Below, one piece after another: positions 11,200 to 26,100 of a stretch of 64,000 nucleotides of DNA. This DNA comes from Eledone cirrhosa (taxonomy: Eukaryota). Under the pieces are notes generated by a model. That model made no database searches. It was not told the DNA's origin and saw only the letters and a program-made list of their open reading frames with translations. The stretch covers positions 23,126,001-23,190,000 of the forward strand of contig OZ024744.1 of NCBI GenBank assembly GCA_964016885.1. The letters run 5' to 3'. How positions within the stretch are numbered: the stretch's first letter is position 1; each line of letters begins with the position of its first letter. Both the position numbers and the translations under genes were made by a program.

Positions 11200-14100
11200 G
11201 AGTCAGTTCTTAAGATTCAACTGTTGTTAAAACGAGTTTTATCTTAAGATTCAACTGTTGTTAAAACGAGTCAGTTCTTAAGGTTGAACTGTTGTTAAAA
11301 CGAGTCAGTTCTTAAGATTCAACTGTTGTTAAAACGAGTTTTATCTTAAGATTCAACTGTTGTTAAAATGAGTCAGTTCTTAAGATTCAACCGTTGTTAA
11401 AACGAGTTTTATCTTAAGATTCAACTGTTGTTAAAGCGAGTTTTATTTGAAGATTCAACTGTTGTTAAAACGAGTCAGTGCTTAAGGTTGAACTGTTGAT
11501 AAAACGAGTCAGTTCTTTAGATTCAACTGTTGTTAAAACGAGTTTTATCTTAAGATTCAGCTGTTGTTAAAACGAGTCAGTTCTTAAGATTCAACTGTTG
11601 TTAAAACGAATGTTATCTTAAGATTCAACTGTTGTTAAAACGAGTTTTATCTTAAGATTCAGCTGTTGTTAAAACGAATCAGTTCTTAAGATTCAACTGT
11701 TGTTAAAACGAATTTTATTTGAAGATTCAACTGTTGTTAAGATGAATCAGTTCTTAAGGTTGAACTGTTGATAAAACGAGTCAGTTCTTAAGATTCAACT
11801 GTTGTTAAAACGAGTTTTATCTTAAGATTTAGCTGTTGTTAAAACGAGTCAGTTCTTAAGATTCAACTGTTGTTAAAACGAGTTTATCTTAAAATTCAGC
11901 CGTTGTTAAAACGAGTCAGTTCTTAAGATTCAACTGTTGTTAAAACGAGTTTTATCTTAAGATTCAACTGTTGTTAAAATGAGTCAGTTCTTAAGATTCA
12001 ACTGTTGTTAAAACGAGTTTTATTTGAGGATTCAACTGTTGTTAAAACGAGTCAGTTCTTAAGGTTGAACTGTTGATAAAACGAGTCAGTTCTTAAGATT
12101 CAACTGTTGTTAAAACGAGTTTTATCTAAAGATTCAGCTGTTGTTAAAATGAGTCAGTTCTTAAGATTCAACTGTTGTTAAAACGAGTTTTATCTTAAGA
12201 TTCAACTGTTGTTAAAACGAGTCAGTTCTGAAGAATCAACTGTTATTAAAACGAGTTTTATTTGAAGATTCAACTGTTGTTAAAACGAGTCAGTGCTTAA
12301 GGTTGAACTGTTGATAAAACGAGTCAGTTCTTAAGATTCAACTGTTGTTAAAACGAGTTTTATCTTAAGATTCAGCTGCTGTTAAAACGAGTCAGTTCTT
12401 AAGATTCAACTGTTGTTAAAACGAATTTTATCTTAAGATTCAACAGTTGTTAAAACGAGTTTTATCTTAAGATTCAGCTGTTGTTAAAACGAATCAGTTC
12501 TTAAGATTCAACTGTTGTTAAAATGAGTCAGTTCTAAAGATTCAACTGTTGTTAAAACGAGTTTTATCTTAAGATTCAACTGTTGTTAAAACGAGTCAGT
12601 GCTTAAGGTTGAACTGTTGATAAAACGAGTCAGTTCTTAAGATTCAACTGTTGTTAAAACGAGTTTTATTTGAAGATTCAGCTGTTGTTAAAACGAGTCA
12701 GTTCTTAAGATTCCACTGTTGTTAAAACGAGTCAGTTCTTAAGATTCAACTGTTGTTAAAACGAGTTTTATCTTAAGATTCAACTGTTGTTAAAACGAGT
12801 TTTATCTTAAGATTCAGCTGTTGTTAAAACGAGTCAGTTCTTAAGATTCAACTGTTGTTAAAACGAATTTTATCTTAAGATTCAACTGTTGTTAAAACGA
12901 GTTTTATCTTAAGATTCAGCTGTTGTTAAAACGAATCAGTTCTTAAGATTCAACTGTTGTTAAAACGAGTTTTATCTTAAGATTCAACTGTTGTTAAAAC
13001 GAATCAGTTCTTAAGATTCAACTGTTGTTAAAACGAGTGTTATCTTAAGATTCAGCTGTTGTTAAAACGAATCAGTTCTTAAGATTCAACTGTTGTTAAA
13101 ACGAGTTTTATTTGAAGATTCAACTGTTGTTAAGATGAGTCAGTTCTTAAGGTTGAACTCTTGATAAAACGAGTCAGTTCTTAAGATTCAACTGTTGTAA
13201 AACGAGTTTTATCTTAAGATTCAGCTGTTGTTAAAACGAGTCAGTTCTTAAGATTCAACTGTTGTTAAAACGAGTTTTATCTTAAGATTCAACTGTTGTT
13301 AAAACGAATCAGTTCTTAAGATTCAACTGTTGTTAAAATGAGTCAGTTCTTAAGATTCAACTGTTGTAAAAACTAGTTTCATCTTAAGATTCAACTGTTG
13401 TTAAAACTAGTCAGTTCTTAAGATTCAACTGTAGTTAAAACGAGTTTTATCTGAAGATTCAACTGTTGTTAAAACGAATCAGTTCTTAAGATTCAACTGT
13501 TGTTAAAATGAGTTAGCTCTTAAGATTCAACTGTTGTTAAAACGAGTTTTATCTTAAGATTCAACTGTTGTTAAAACGAGTCAGTTCTTAAGATTCAACT
13601 GTTGTTAACACGAGTTTTATTTGAGGATTCAACTGTTGTTAAAACTAGTCAGTTCTTAAGGTTGAACTGTTGATAAAACGAGTCAGTTCATAAGATTCAA
13701 CTGTTGTTAAAACGAGTTTTATCTAAAGATTCAGCTGTTGTTAAAATGAGTCAGTTCTTAAGATTCAACTGTTGTTAAAACGAGTTTTATCTTAAGATTC
13801 AACTGTTGTTAAAACGAGTCAGTTCTGAAGAATCAACTGTTGTTAAAACGAGTTTTATTTGAAGATTCAACTGTTGTTAAAACGAGTTTTATCTTAAGAT
13901 TCAGCTGTTGTTAAAACGAGTCAGTTCTTAAGATTCAACTGTTGTTAAAACGAATTTTATCTTAAGATTCAACTGTTGTTAAAACGAGTTTTATCTTAAG
14001 ATTCAGCTGTTGTTAAAACGAATCAGTTCTTAAGATTCAACTGTTGTTAAAACGAATCAGTTCTTAAGATTCAACTGTTGTTAAAATTAGTCAGTTCTTA

Positions 14101-17100
14101 AGATTCAACTGTTGTTAAAACGAGTTTTATCTTAAGATTCAACTGTTGTTAAAACGAGTCAGTTCTTAAGATTCAACTGTAGTTAAAACGAGTTTTATCT
14201 GAAGATTCAACTGTTGTTAAAACGAATCAGTTCTTAAGATTCAACTGTTGTTAAAATGAGTCAGTTCTTAAGATTCAACTGTTGTTAAAACGAGTTTTAT
14301 CTTAAGATTCAACTGTTGTTAAAACGAGTCAGTTCTTAAGGTTGAACTGTTGTTAAAACGAGTTTTATCTTAAGATTCAACTGTTGTTAAAACGAGTCAG
14401 TTCTTAAGATTCAACTGTTGTTAAAACGAGTTTTATCTCAAGATTCAACTGTTGTTAAAGCGAGTTTTATCTTAAGATTCAACTGTTGTTAAAACGAATC
14501 AGTTCTTAAGATTCAACTGTCGTTAAAACGAGTTTTATTCGAAGATTCAACTGTTGCTAAAACGAGTCAATTCTTAAGGTTGAACTGTTGATAAAACGAG
14601 TCAGTTCTTAAGGTTGAACTGTTGATAAAACGAGTCAGTTCTTAAGATTCAACTGTTGTTAAAACGAGTTTTATCTTAAGATTCAACTGTTGTTAAAACG
14701 AGTCAGTTCTTAAGGTTGAACTGTTGTTAAAACGAGTCAGTTCTTAAGATTCAACTGTTGTTAAAACGAGTTTTATCTTAAGATTCAACTGTTGTTAAAA
14801 TGAGTCAGTTCTTAAGATTCAACCGTTGTTAAAACGAGTTTTATCTTAAGATTCAACTGTTGTTAAAGCGAGTTTTATTTGAAGATTCAACTGTTGTTAA
14901 AACGAGTCAGTGCTTAAGGTTGAACTGTTGATAAAACGAGTCAGTTCTTTAGATTCAACTGTTGTTAAAACGAGTTTTATCTTAAGATTCAGCTGTTGTT
15001 AAAACGAGTCAGTTCTTAAGATTCAACTGTTGTTAAAACGAATGTTATCTTAAGATTCAACTGTTGTTAAAACGAGTTTTATCTTAAGATTCAGCTGTTG
15101 TTAAAACGAATCAGTTCTTAAGATTCAACTGTTGTTAAAACGAATTTTATTTGAAGATTCAACTGTTGTTAAGATGAATCAGTTCTTAAGGTTGAACTGT
15201 TGATAAAACGAGTCAGTTCTTAAGATTCAACTGTTGTTAAAACGAGTTTTATCTTAAGATTTAGCTGTTGTTAAAACGAGTCAGTTCTTAAGATTCAACT
15301 GTTGTTAAAACGAGTTTATCTTAAAATTCAGCCGTTGTTAAAACGAGTCAGTTCTTAAGATTCAACTGTTGTTAAAACGAGTTTTATCTTAAGATTCAAC
15401 TGTTGTTAAAATGAGTCAGTTCTTAAGATTCAACTGTTGTTAAAACGAGTTTTATTTGAGGATTCAACTGTTGTTAAAACGAGTCAGTTCTTAAGGTTGA
15501 ACTGTTGATAAAACGAGTCAGTTCTTAAGATTCAACTGTTGTTAAAACGAGTTTTATCTAAAGATTCAGCTGTTGTTAAAATGAGTCAGTTCTTAAGATT
15601 CAACTGTTGTTAAAACGAGTTTTATCTTAAGATTCAACTGTTGTTAAAACGAGTCAGTTCTGAAGAATCAACTGTTATTAAAACGAGTTTTATTTGAAGA
15701 TTCAACTGTTGTTAAAACGAGTCAGTGCTTAAGGTTGAACTGTTGATAAAACGAGTCAGTTCTTAAGATTCAACTGTTGTTAAAACGAGTTTTATCTTAA
15801 GATTCAGCTGCTGTTAAAACGAGTCAGTTCTTAAGATTCAACTGTTGTTAAAACGAATTTTATCTTAAGATTCAACAGTTGTTAAAACGAGTTTTATCTT
15901 AAGATTCAGCTGTTGTTAAAACGAATCAGTTCTTAAGATTCAACTGTTGTTAAAATGAGTCAGTTCTAAAGATTCAACTGTTGTTAAAACGAGTTTTATC
16001 TTAAGATTCAACTGTTGTTAAAACGAGTCAGTGCTTAAGGTTGAACTGTTGATAAAACGAGTCAGTTCTTAAGATTCAACTGTTGTTAAAACGAGTTTTA
16101 TTTGAAGATTCAGCTGTTGTTAAAACGAGTCAGTTCTTAAGATTCCACTGTTGTTAAAACGAGTCAGTTCTTAAGATTCAACTGTTGTTAAAACGAGTTT
16201 TATCTTAAGATTCAACTGTTGTTAAAACGAGTTTTATCTTAAGATTCAGCTGTTGTTAAAACGAGTCAGTTCTTAAGATTCAACTGTTGTTAAAACGAAT
16301 TTTATCTTAAGATTCAACTGTTGTTAAAACGAGTTTTATCTTAAGATTCAGCTGTTGTTAAAACGAATCAGTTCTTAAGATTCAACTGTTGTTAAAACGA
16401 GTTTTATCTTAAGATTCAACTGTTGTTAAAACGAATCAGTTCTTAAGATTCAACTGTTGTTAAAACGAGTGTTATCTTAAGATTCAGCTGTTGTTAAAAC
16501 GAATCAGTTCTTAAGATTCAACTGTTGTTAAAACGAGTTTTATTTGAAGATTCAACTGTTGTTAAGATGAGTCAGTTCTTAAGGTTGAACTCTTGATAAA
16601 ACGAGTCAGTTCTTAAGATTCAACTGTTGTAAAACGAGTTTTATCTTAAGATTCAGCTGTTGTTAAAACGAGTCAGTTCTTAAGATTCAACTGTTGTTAA
16701 AACGAGTTTTATCTTAAGATTCAACTGTTGTTAAAACGAATCAGTTCTTAAGATTCAACTGTTGTTAAAATGAGTCAGTTCTTAAGATTCAACTGTTGTA
16801 AAAACTAGTTTCATCTTAAGATTCAACTGTTGTTAAAACTAGTCAGTTCTTAAGATTCAACTGTAGTTAAAACGAGTTTTATCTGAAGATTCAACTGTTG
16901 TTAAAACGAATCAGTTCTTAAGATTCAACTGTTGTTAAAATGAGTTAGCTCTTAAGATTCAACTGTTGTTAAAACGAGTTTTATCTTAAGATTCAACTGT
17001 TGTTAAAACGAGTCAGTTCTTAAGATTCAACTGTTGTTAACACGAGTTTTATTTGAGGATTCAACTGTTGTTAAAACTAGTCAGTTCTTAAGGTTGAACT

Positions 17101-20100
17101 GTTGATAAAACGAGTCAGTTCATAAGATTCAACTGTTGTTAAAACGAGTTTTATCTAAAGATTCAGCTGTTGTTAAAATGAGTCAGTTCTTAAGATTCAA
17201 CTGTTGTTAAAACGAGTTTTATCTTAAGATTCAACTGTTGTTAAAACGAGTCAGTTCTGAAGAATCAACTGTTGTTAAAACGAGTTTTATTTGAAGATTC
17301 AACTGTTGTTAAAACGAGTTTTATCTTAAGATTCAGCTGTTGTTAAAACGAGTCAGTTCTTAAGATTCAACTGTTGTTAAAACGAATTTTATCTTAAGAT
17401 TCAACTGTTGTTAAAACGAGTTTTATCTTAAGATTCAGCTGTTGTTAAAACGAATCAGTTCTTAAGATTCAACTGTTGTTAAAACGAATCAGTTCTTAAG
17501 ATTCAACTGTTGTTAAAATTAGTCAGTTCTTAAGATTCAACTGTTGTTAAAACGAGTTTTATCTTAAGATTCAACTGTTGTTAAAACGAGTCAGTTCTTA
17601 AGATTCAACTGTAGTTAAAACGAGTTTTATCTGAAGATTCAACTGTTGTTAAAACGAATCAGTTCTTAAGATTCAACTGTTGTTAAAATGAGTCAGTTCT
17701 TAAGATTCAACTGTTGTTAAAACGAGTTTTATCTTAAGATTCAACTGTTGTTAAAACGAGTCAGTTCTTAAGGTTGAACTGTTGTTAAAACGAGTTTTAT
17801 CTTAAGATTCAACTGTTGTTAAAACGAGTCAGTTCTTAAGATTCAACTGTTGTTAAAACGAGTTTTATCTCAAGATTCAACTGTTGTTAAAGCGAGTTTT
17901 ATCTTAAGATTCAACTGTTGTTAAAACGAATCAGTTCTTAAGATTCAACTGTCGTTAAAACGAGTTTTATTCGAAGATTCAACTGTTGCTAAAACGAGTC
18001 AATTCTTAAGGTTGAACTGTTGATAAAACGAGTCAGTTCTTAAGGTTGAACTGTTGATAAAACGAGTCAGTTCTTAAGATTCAACTGTTGTTAAAACGAG
18101 TTTTATCTTAAGATTCAACTGTTGTTAAAACGAGTCAGTTCTTAAGGTTGAACTGTTGTTAAAACGAGTCAGTTCTTAAGATTCAACTGTTGTTAAAACG
18201 AGTTTTATCTTAAGATTCAACTGTTGTTAAAATGAGTCAGTTCTTAAGATTCAACCGTTGTTAAAACGAGTTTTATCTTAAGATTCAACTGTTGTTAAAG
18301 CGAGTTTTATTTGAAGATTCAACTGTTGTTAAAACGAGTCAGTGCTTAAGGTTGAACTGTTGATAAAACGAGTCAGTTCTTTAGATTCAACTGTTGTTAA
18401 AACGAGTTTTATCTTAAGATTCAGCTGTTGTTAAAACGAGTCAGTTCTTAAGATTCAACTGTTGTTAAAACGAATGTTATCTTAAGATTCAACTGTTGTT
18501 AAAACGAGTTTTATCTTAAGATTCAGCTGTTGTTAAAACGAATCAGTTCTTAAGATTCAACTGTTGTTAAAACGAATTTTATTTGAAGATTCAACTGTTG
18601 TTAAGATGAATCAGTTCTTAAGGTTGAACTGTTGATAAAACGAGTCAGTTCTTAAGATTCAACTGTTGTTAAAACGAGTTTTATCTTAAGATTTAGCTGT
18701 TGTTAAAACGAGTCAGTTCTTAAGATTCAACTGTTGTTAAAACGAGTTTATCTTAAAATTCAGCCGTTGTTAAAACGAGTCAGTTCTTAAGATTCAACTG
18801 TTGTTAAAACGAGTTTTATCTTAAGATTCAACTGTTGTTAAAATGAGTCAGTTCTTAAGATTCAACTGTTGTTAAAACGAGTTTTATTTGAGGATTCAAC
18901 TGTTGTTAAAACGAGTCAGTTCTTAAGGTTGAACTGTTGATAAAACGAGTCAGTTCTTAAGATTCAACTGTTGTTAAAACGAGTTTTATCTAAAGATTCA
19001 GCTGTTGTTAAAATGAGTCAGTTCTTAAGATTCAACTGTTGTTAAAACGAGTTTTATCTTAAGATTCAACTGTTGTTAAAACGAGTCAGTTCTGAAGAAT
19101 CAACTGTTATTAAAACGAGTTTTATTTGAAGATTCAACTGTTGTTAAAACGAGTCAGTGCTTAAGGTTGAACTGTTGATAAAACGAGTCAGTTCTTAAGA
19201 TTCAACTGTTGTTAAAACGAGTTTTATCTTAAGATTCAGCTGCTGTTAAAACGAGTCAGTTCTTAAGATTCAACTGTTGTTAAAACGAATTTTATCTTAA
19301 GATTCAACAGTTGTTAAAACGAGTTTTATCTTAAGATTCAGCTGTTGTTAAAACGAATCAGTTCTTAAGATTCAACTGTTGTTAAAATGAGTCAGTTCTA
19401 AAGATTCAACTGTTGTTAAAACGAGTTTTATCTTAAGATTCAACTGTTGTTAAAACGAGTCAGTGCTTAAGGTTGAACTGTTGATAAAACGAGTCAGTTC
19501 TTAAGATTCAACTGTTGTTAAAACGAGTTTTATTTGAAGATTCAGCTGTTGTTAAAACGAGTCAGTTCTTAAGATTCCACTGTTGTTAAAACGAGTTTAT
19601 CTTAAAATTCAGCCGTTGTTAAAACGAGTCAGTTCTTAAGATTCAACTGTTGTTAAAACGAGTTTTATCTTAAGATTCAACTGTTGTTAAAACGAGTTTT
19701 ATCTTAAGATTCAGCTGTTGTTAAAACGAGTCAGTTCTTAAGATTCAACTGTTGTTAAAACGAATTTTATCTTAAGATTCAACTGTTGTTAAAACGAGTT
19801 TTATCTTAAGATTCAGCTGTTGTTAAAACGAATCAGTTCTTAAGATTCAACTGTTGTTAAAACGAGTTTTATCTTAAGATTCAACTGTTGTTAAAACGAA
19901 TCAGTTCTTAAGATTCAACTGTTGTTAAAACGAGTGTTATCTTAAGATTCAGCTGTTGTTAAAACGAATCAGTTCTTAAGATTCAACTGTTGTTAAAACG
20001 AGTTTTATTTGAAGATTCAACTGTTGTTAAGATGAGTCAGTTCTTAAGGTTGAACTCTTGATAAAACGAGTCAGTTCTTAAGATTCAACTGTTGTAAAAC

Positions 20101-23100
20101 GAGTTTTATCTTAAGATTCAGCTGTTGTTAAAACGAGTCAGTTCTTAAGATTCAACTGTTGTTAAAACGAGTTTTATCTTAAGATTCAACTGTTGTTAAA
20201 ACGAATCAGTTCTTAAGATTCAACTGTTGTTAAAATGAGTCAGTTCTTAAGATTCAACTGTTGTAAAAACTAGTTTCATCTTAAGATTCAACTGTTGTTA
20301 AAACTAGTCAGTTCTTAAGATTCAACTGTAGTTAAAACGAGTTTTATCTGAAGATTCAACTGTTGTTAAAACGAATCAGTTCTTAAGATTCAACTGTTGT
20401 TAAAATGAGTTAGCTCTTAAGATTCAACTGTTGTTAAAACGAGTTTTATCTTAAGATTCAACTGTTGTTAAAACGAGTCAGTTCTTAAGATTCAACTGTT
20501 GTTAAAACGAGTTTTATTTGAGGATTCAACTGTTGTTAAAACTAGTCAGTTCTTAAGGTTGAACTGTTGATAAAACGAGTCAGTTCATAAGATTCAACTG
20601 TTGTTAAAACGAGTTTTATCTAAAGATTCAGCTGTTGTTAAAATGAGTCAGTTCTTAAGATTCAACTGTTGTTAAAACGAGTTTTATCTTAAGATTCAAC
20701 TGTTGTTAAAACGAGTCAGTTCTGAAGAATCAACTGTTGTTAAAACGAGTTTTATTTGAAGATTCAACTGTTGTTAAAACGAGTTTTATCTTAAGATTCA
20801 GCTGTTGTTAAAACGAGTCAGTTCTTAAGATTCAACTGTTGTTAAAACGAATTTTATCTTAAGATTCAACTGTTGTTAAAACGAGTTTTATCTTAAGATT
20901 CAGCTGTTGTTAAAACGAATCAGTTCTTAAGATTCAACTGTTGTTAAAACGAATCAGTTCTTAAGATTCAACTGTTGTTAAAATTAGTCAGTTCTTAAGA
21001 TTCAACTGTTGTTAAAACGAGTTTTATCTTAAGATTCAACTGTTGTTAAAACGAGTCAGTTCTTAAGATTCAACTGTAGTTAAAACGAGTTTTATCTGAA
21101 GATTCAACTGTTGTTAAAACGAATCAGTTCTTAAGATTCAACTGTTGTTAAAATGAGTCAGTTCTTAAGATTCAACTGTTGTTAAAACGAGTTTTATCTT
21201 AAGATTCAACTGTTGTTAAAACGAGTCAGTTCTTAAGGTTGAACTGTTGTTAAAACGAGTTTTATCTTAAGATTCAACTGTTGTTAAAACGAGTCAGTTC
21301 TTAAGATTCAACTGTTGTTAAAACGAGTTTTATCTCAAGATTCAACTGTTGTTAAAGCGAGTTTTATCTTAAGATTCAACTGTTGTTAAAACGAATCAGT
21401 TCTTAAGATTCAACTGTCGTTAAAACGAGTTTTATTCGAACATTCAACTGTTGCTAAAACGAGTCAATTCTTAAGGTTGAACTGTTGATAAAACGAGTCA
21501 GTTCTTAAGGTTGAACTGTTGATAAAACGAGTCAGTTCTTAAGATTCAACTGTTGTTAAAACGAGTTTTATCTTAAGATTCAACTGTTGTTAAAACGAGT
21601 CAGTTCTTAAGGTTGAACTGTTGTTAAAACGAGTCAGTTCTTAAGATTCAACTGTTGTTAAAACGAGTTTTATCTTAAGATTCAACTGTTGTTAAAATGA
21701 GTCAGTTCTTAAGATTCAACCGTTGTTAAAACGAGTTTTATCTTAAGATTCAACTGTTGTTAAAGCGAGTTTTATTTGAAGATTCAACTGTTGTTAAAAC
21801 GAGTCAGTGCTTAAGGTCGAACTGTTGATAAAACGAGTCAGTTCTTTAGATTCAACTGTTGTTAAAACGAGTTTTATCTTAAGATTCAGCTGTTGTTAAA
21901 ACGAGTCAGTTCTTAAGATTCAACTGTTGTTAAAACGAATGTTATCTTAAGATTCAACTGTTGTTAAAACGAGTTTTATCTTAAGATTCAGCTGTTGTTA
22001 AAACGAATCAGTTCTTAAGATTCAACTGTTGTTAAAACGAATTTTATTTGAAGATTCAACTGTTGTTAAGATGAATCAGTTCTTAAGGTTGAACTGTTGA
22101 TAAAACGAGTCAGTTCTTAAGATTCAACTGTTGTTAAAACGAGTTTTATCTTAAGATTTAGCTGTTGTTAAAACGAGTCAGTTCTTAAGATTCAACTGTT
22201 GTTAAAACGAGTTTATCTTAAAATTCAGCCGTTGTTAAAACGAGTCAGTTCTTAAGATTCAACTGTTGTTAAAACGAGTTTTATCTTAAGATTCAACTGT
22301 TGTTAAAATGAGTCAGTTCTTAAGATTCAACTGTTGTTAAAACGAGTTTTATTTGAGGATTCAACTGTTGTTAAAACGAGTCAGTTCTTAAGGTTGAACT
22401 GTTGATAAAACGAGTCAGTTCTTAAGATTCAACTGTTGTTAAAACGAGTTTTATCTAAAGATTCAGCTGTTGTTAAAATGAGTCAGTTCTTAAGATTCAA
22501 CTGTTGTTAAAACGAGTTTTATCTTAAGATTCAACTGTTGTTAAAACGAGTCAGTTCTGAAGAATCAACTGTTATTAAAACGAGTTTTATTTGAAGATTC
22601 AACTGTTGTTAAAACGAGTCAGTGCTTAAGGTTGAACTGTTGATAAAACGAGTCAGTTCTTAAGATTCAACTGTTGTTAAAACGAGTTTTATCTTAAGAT
22701 TCAGCTGCTGTTAAAACGAGTCAGTTCTTAAGATTCAACTGTTGTTAAAACGAATTTTATCTTAAGATTCAACAGTTGTTAAAACGAGTTTTATCTTAAG
22801 ATTCAGCTGTTGTTAAAACGAATCAGTTCTTAAGATTTAACTGTTGTTAAAATGAGTCAGTTCTAAAGATTCAACTGTTGTTAAAACGAGTTTTATCTTA
22901 AGATTCAACTGTTGTTAAAACGAGTCAGTGCTTAAGGTTGAACTGTTGATAAAACGAGTCAGTTCTTAAGATTCAACTGTTGTTAAAACGAGTTTTATTT
23001 GAAGATTCAGCTGTTGTTAAAACGAGTCAGTTCCTAAGATTCCACTGTTGTTAAAACGAGTTTATCTTAAAATTCAGCCGTTGTTAAAACGAGTCAGTTC

Positions 23101-26100
23101 TTAAGATTCAACTGTTGTTAAAACGAGTTTTATCTTAAGATTCAACTGTTGTTAAAACGAGTTTTATCTTAAGATTCAGCTGTTGTTAAAACGAGTCAGT
23201 TCTTAAGATTCAACTGTTGTTAAAACGAATTTTATCTTAAGATTCAACTGTTGTTAAAACGAGTTTTATCTTAAGATTCAGCTGTTGTTAAAACGAATCA
23301 GTTCTTAAGATTCAACTGTTGTTAAAACGAGTTTTATCTTAAGATTCAACTGTTGTTAAAACGAATCAGTTCTTAAGATTCAACTGTTGTTAAAACGAGT
23401 GTTATCTTAAGATTCAGCTGTTGTTAAAACGAATCAGTTCTTAAGATTCAACTGTTGTTAAAACGAGTTTTATTTGAAGATTCAACTGTTGTTAAGATGA
23501 GTCAGTTCTTAAGGTTGAACTCTTGATAAAACGAGTCAGTTCTTAAGATTCAACTGTTGTAAAACGAGTTTTATCTTAAGATTCAGCTGTTGTTAAAACG
23601 AGTCAGTTCTTAAGATTCAACTGTTGTTAAAACGAGTTTTATCTTAAGATTCAACTGTTGTTAAAACGAATCAGTTCTTAAGATTCAACTGTTGTTAAAA
23701 TGAGTCAGTTCTTAAGATTCAACTGTTGTAAAAACTAGTTTCATCTTAAGATTCAACTGTTGTTAAAACTAGTCAGTTCTTAAGATTCAACTGTAGTTAA
23801 AACGAGTTTTATCTGAAGATTCAACTGTTGTTAAAACGAATCAGTTCTTAAGATTCAACTGTTGTTAAAATGAGTTAGCTCTTAAGATTCAACTGTTGTT
23901 AAAACGAGTTTTATCTTAAGATTCAACTGTTGTTAAAACGAGTCAGTTCTTAAGATTCAACTGTTGTTAAAACGAGTTTTATTTGAGGATTCAACTGTTG
24001 TTAAAACTAGTCAGTTCTTAAGGTTGAACTGTTGATAAAACGAGTCAGTTCATAAGATTCAACTGTTGTTAAAACGAGTTTTATCTAAAGATTCAGCTGT
24101 TGTTAAAATGAGTCAGTTCTTAAGATTCAACTGTTGTTAAAACGAGTTTTATCTTAAGATTCAACTGTTGTTAAAACGAGTCAGTTCTGAAGAATCAACT
24201 GTTGTTAAAACGAGTTTTATTTGAAGATTCAACTGTTGTTAAAACGAGTTTTATCTTAAGATTCAGCTGTTGTTAAAACGAGTCAGTTCTTAAGATTCAA
24301 CTGTTGTTAAAACGAATTTTATCTTAAGATTCAACTGTTGTTAAAACGAGTTTTATCTTAAGATTCAGCTGTTGTTAAAACGAATCAGTTCTTAAGATTC
24401 AACTGTTGTTAAAACGAATCAGTTCTTAAGATTCAACTGTTGTTAAAATTAGTCAGTTCTTAAGATTCAACTGTTGTTAAAACGAGTTTTATCTTAAGAT
24501 TCAACTGTTGTTAAAACGAGTCAGTTCTTAAGATTCAACTGTAGTTAAAACGAGTTTTATCTGAAGATTCAACTGTTGTTAAAACGAATCAGTTCTTAAG
24601 ATTCAACTGTTGTTAAAATGAGTCAGTTCTTAAGATTCAACTGTTGTTAAAACGAGTTTTATCTTAAGATTCAACTGTTGTTAAAACGAGTCAGTTCTTA
24701 AGGTTGAACTGTTGTTAAAACGAGTTTTATCTTAAGATTCAACTGTTGTTAAAACGAGTCAGTTCTTAAGATTCAACTGTTGTTAAAACGAGTTTTATCT
24801 CAAGATTCAACTGTTGTTAAAGCGAGTTTTATCTTAAGATTCAACTGTTGTTAAAACGAATCAGTTCTTAAGATTCAACTGTCGTTAAAACGAGTTTTAT
24901 TCGAAGATTCAACTGTTGCTAAAACGAGTCAATTCTTAAGGTTGAACTGTTGATAAAACGAGTCAGTTCTTAAGGTTGAACTGTTGATAAAACGAGTCAG
25001 TTCTTAAGATTCAACTGTTGTTAAAACGAGTTTTATCTTAAGATTCAACTGTTGTTAAAACGAGTCAGTTCTTAAGGTTGAACTGTTGTTAAAACGAGTC
25101 AGTTCTTAAGATTCAACTGTTGTTAAAACGAGTTTTATCTTAAGATTCAACTGTTGTTAAAATGAGTCAGTTCTTAAGATTCAACCGTTGTTAAAACGAG
25201 TTTTATCTTAAGATTCAACTGTTGTTAAAGCGAGTTTTATTTGAAGATTCAACTGTTGTTAAAACGAGTCAGTGCTTAAGGTTGAACTGTTGATAAAACG
25301 AGTCAGTTCTTTAGATTCAACTGTTGTTAAAACGAGTTTTATCTTAAGATTCAGCTGTTGTTAAAACGAGTCAGTTCTTAAGATTCAACTGTTGTTAAAA
25401 CGAATGTTATCTTAAGATTCAACTGTTGTTAAAACGAGTTTTATCTTAAGATTCAGCTGTTGTTAAAACGAATCAGTTCTTAAGATTCAACTGTTGTTAA
25501 AACGAATTTTATTTGAAGATTCAACTGTTGTTAAGATGAATCAGTTCTTAAGGTTGAACTGTTGATAAAACGAGTCAGTTCTTAAGATTCAACTGTTGTT
25601 AAAACGAGTTTTATCTTAAGATTTAGCTGTTGTTAAAACGAGTCAGTTCTTAAGATTCAACTGTTGTTAAAACGAGTTTATCTTAAAATTCAGCCGTTGT
25701 TAAAACGAGTCAGTTCTTAAGATTCAACTGTTGTTAAAACGAGTTTTATCTTAAGATTCAACTGTTGTTAAAATGAGTCAGTTCTTAAGATTCAACTGTT
25801 GTTAAAACGAGTTTTATTTGAGGATTCAACTGTTGTTAAAACGAGTCAGTTCTTAAGGTTGAACTGTTGATAAAACGAGTCAGTTCTTAAGATTCAACTG
25901 TTGTTAAAACGAGTTTTATCTAAAGATTCAGCTGTTGTTAAAATGAGTCAGTTCTTAAGATTCAACTGTTGTTAAAACGAGTTTTATCTTAAGATTCAAC
26001 TGTTGTTAAAACGAGTCAGTTCTGAAGAATCAACTGTTATTAAAACGAGTTTTATTTGAAGATTCAACTGTTGTTAAAACGAGTCAGTGCTTAAGGTTGA

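Noticed and set aside
14536-14556. CENP-B box at the TTCG variant
   Set aside because: It lacks the CGGG at the spacing required by the NTTCGNNNNANNCGGGN motif.
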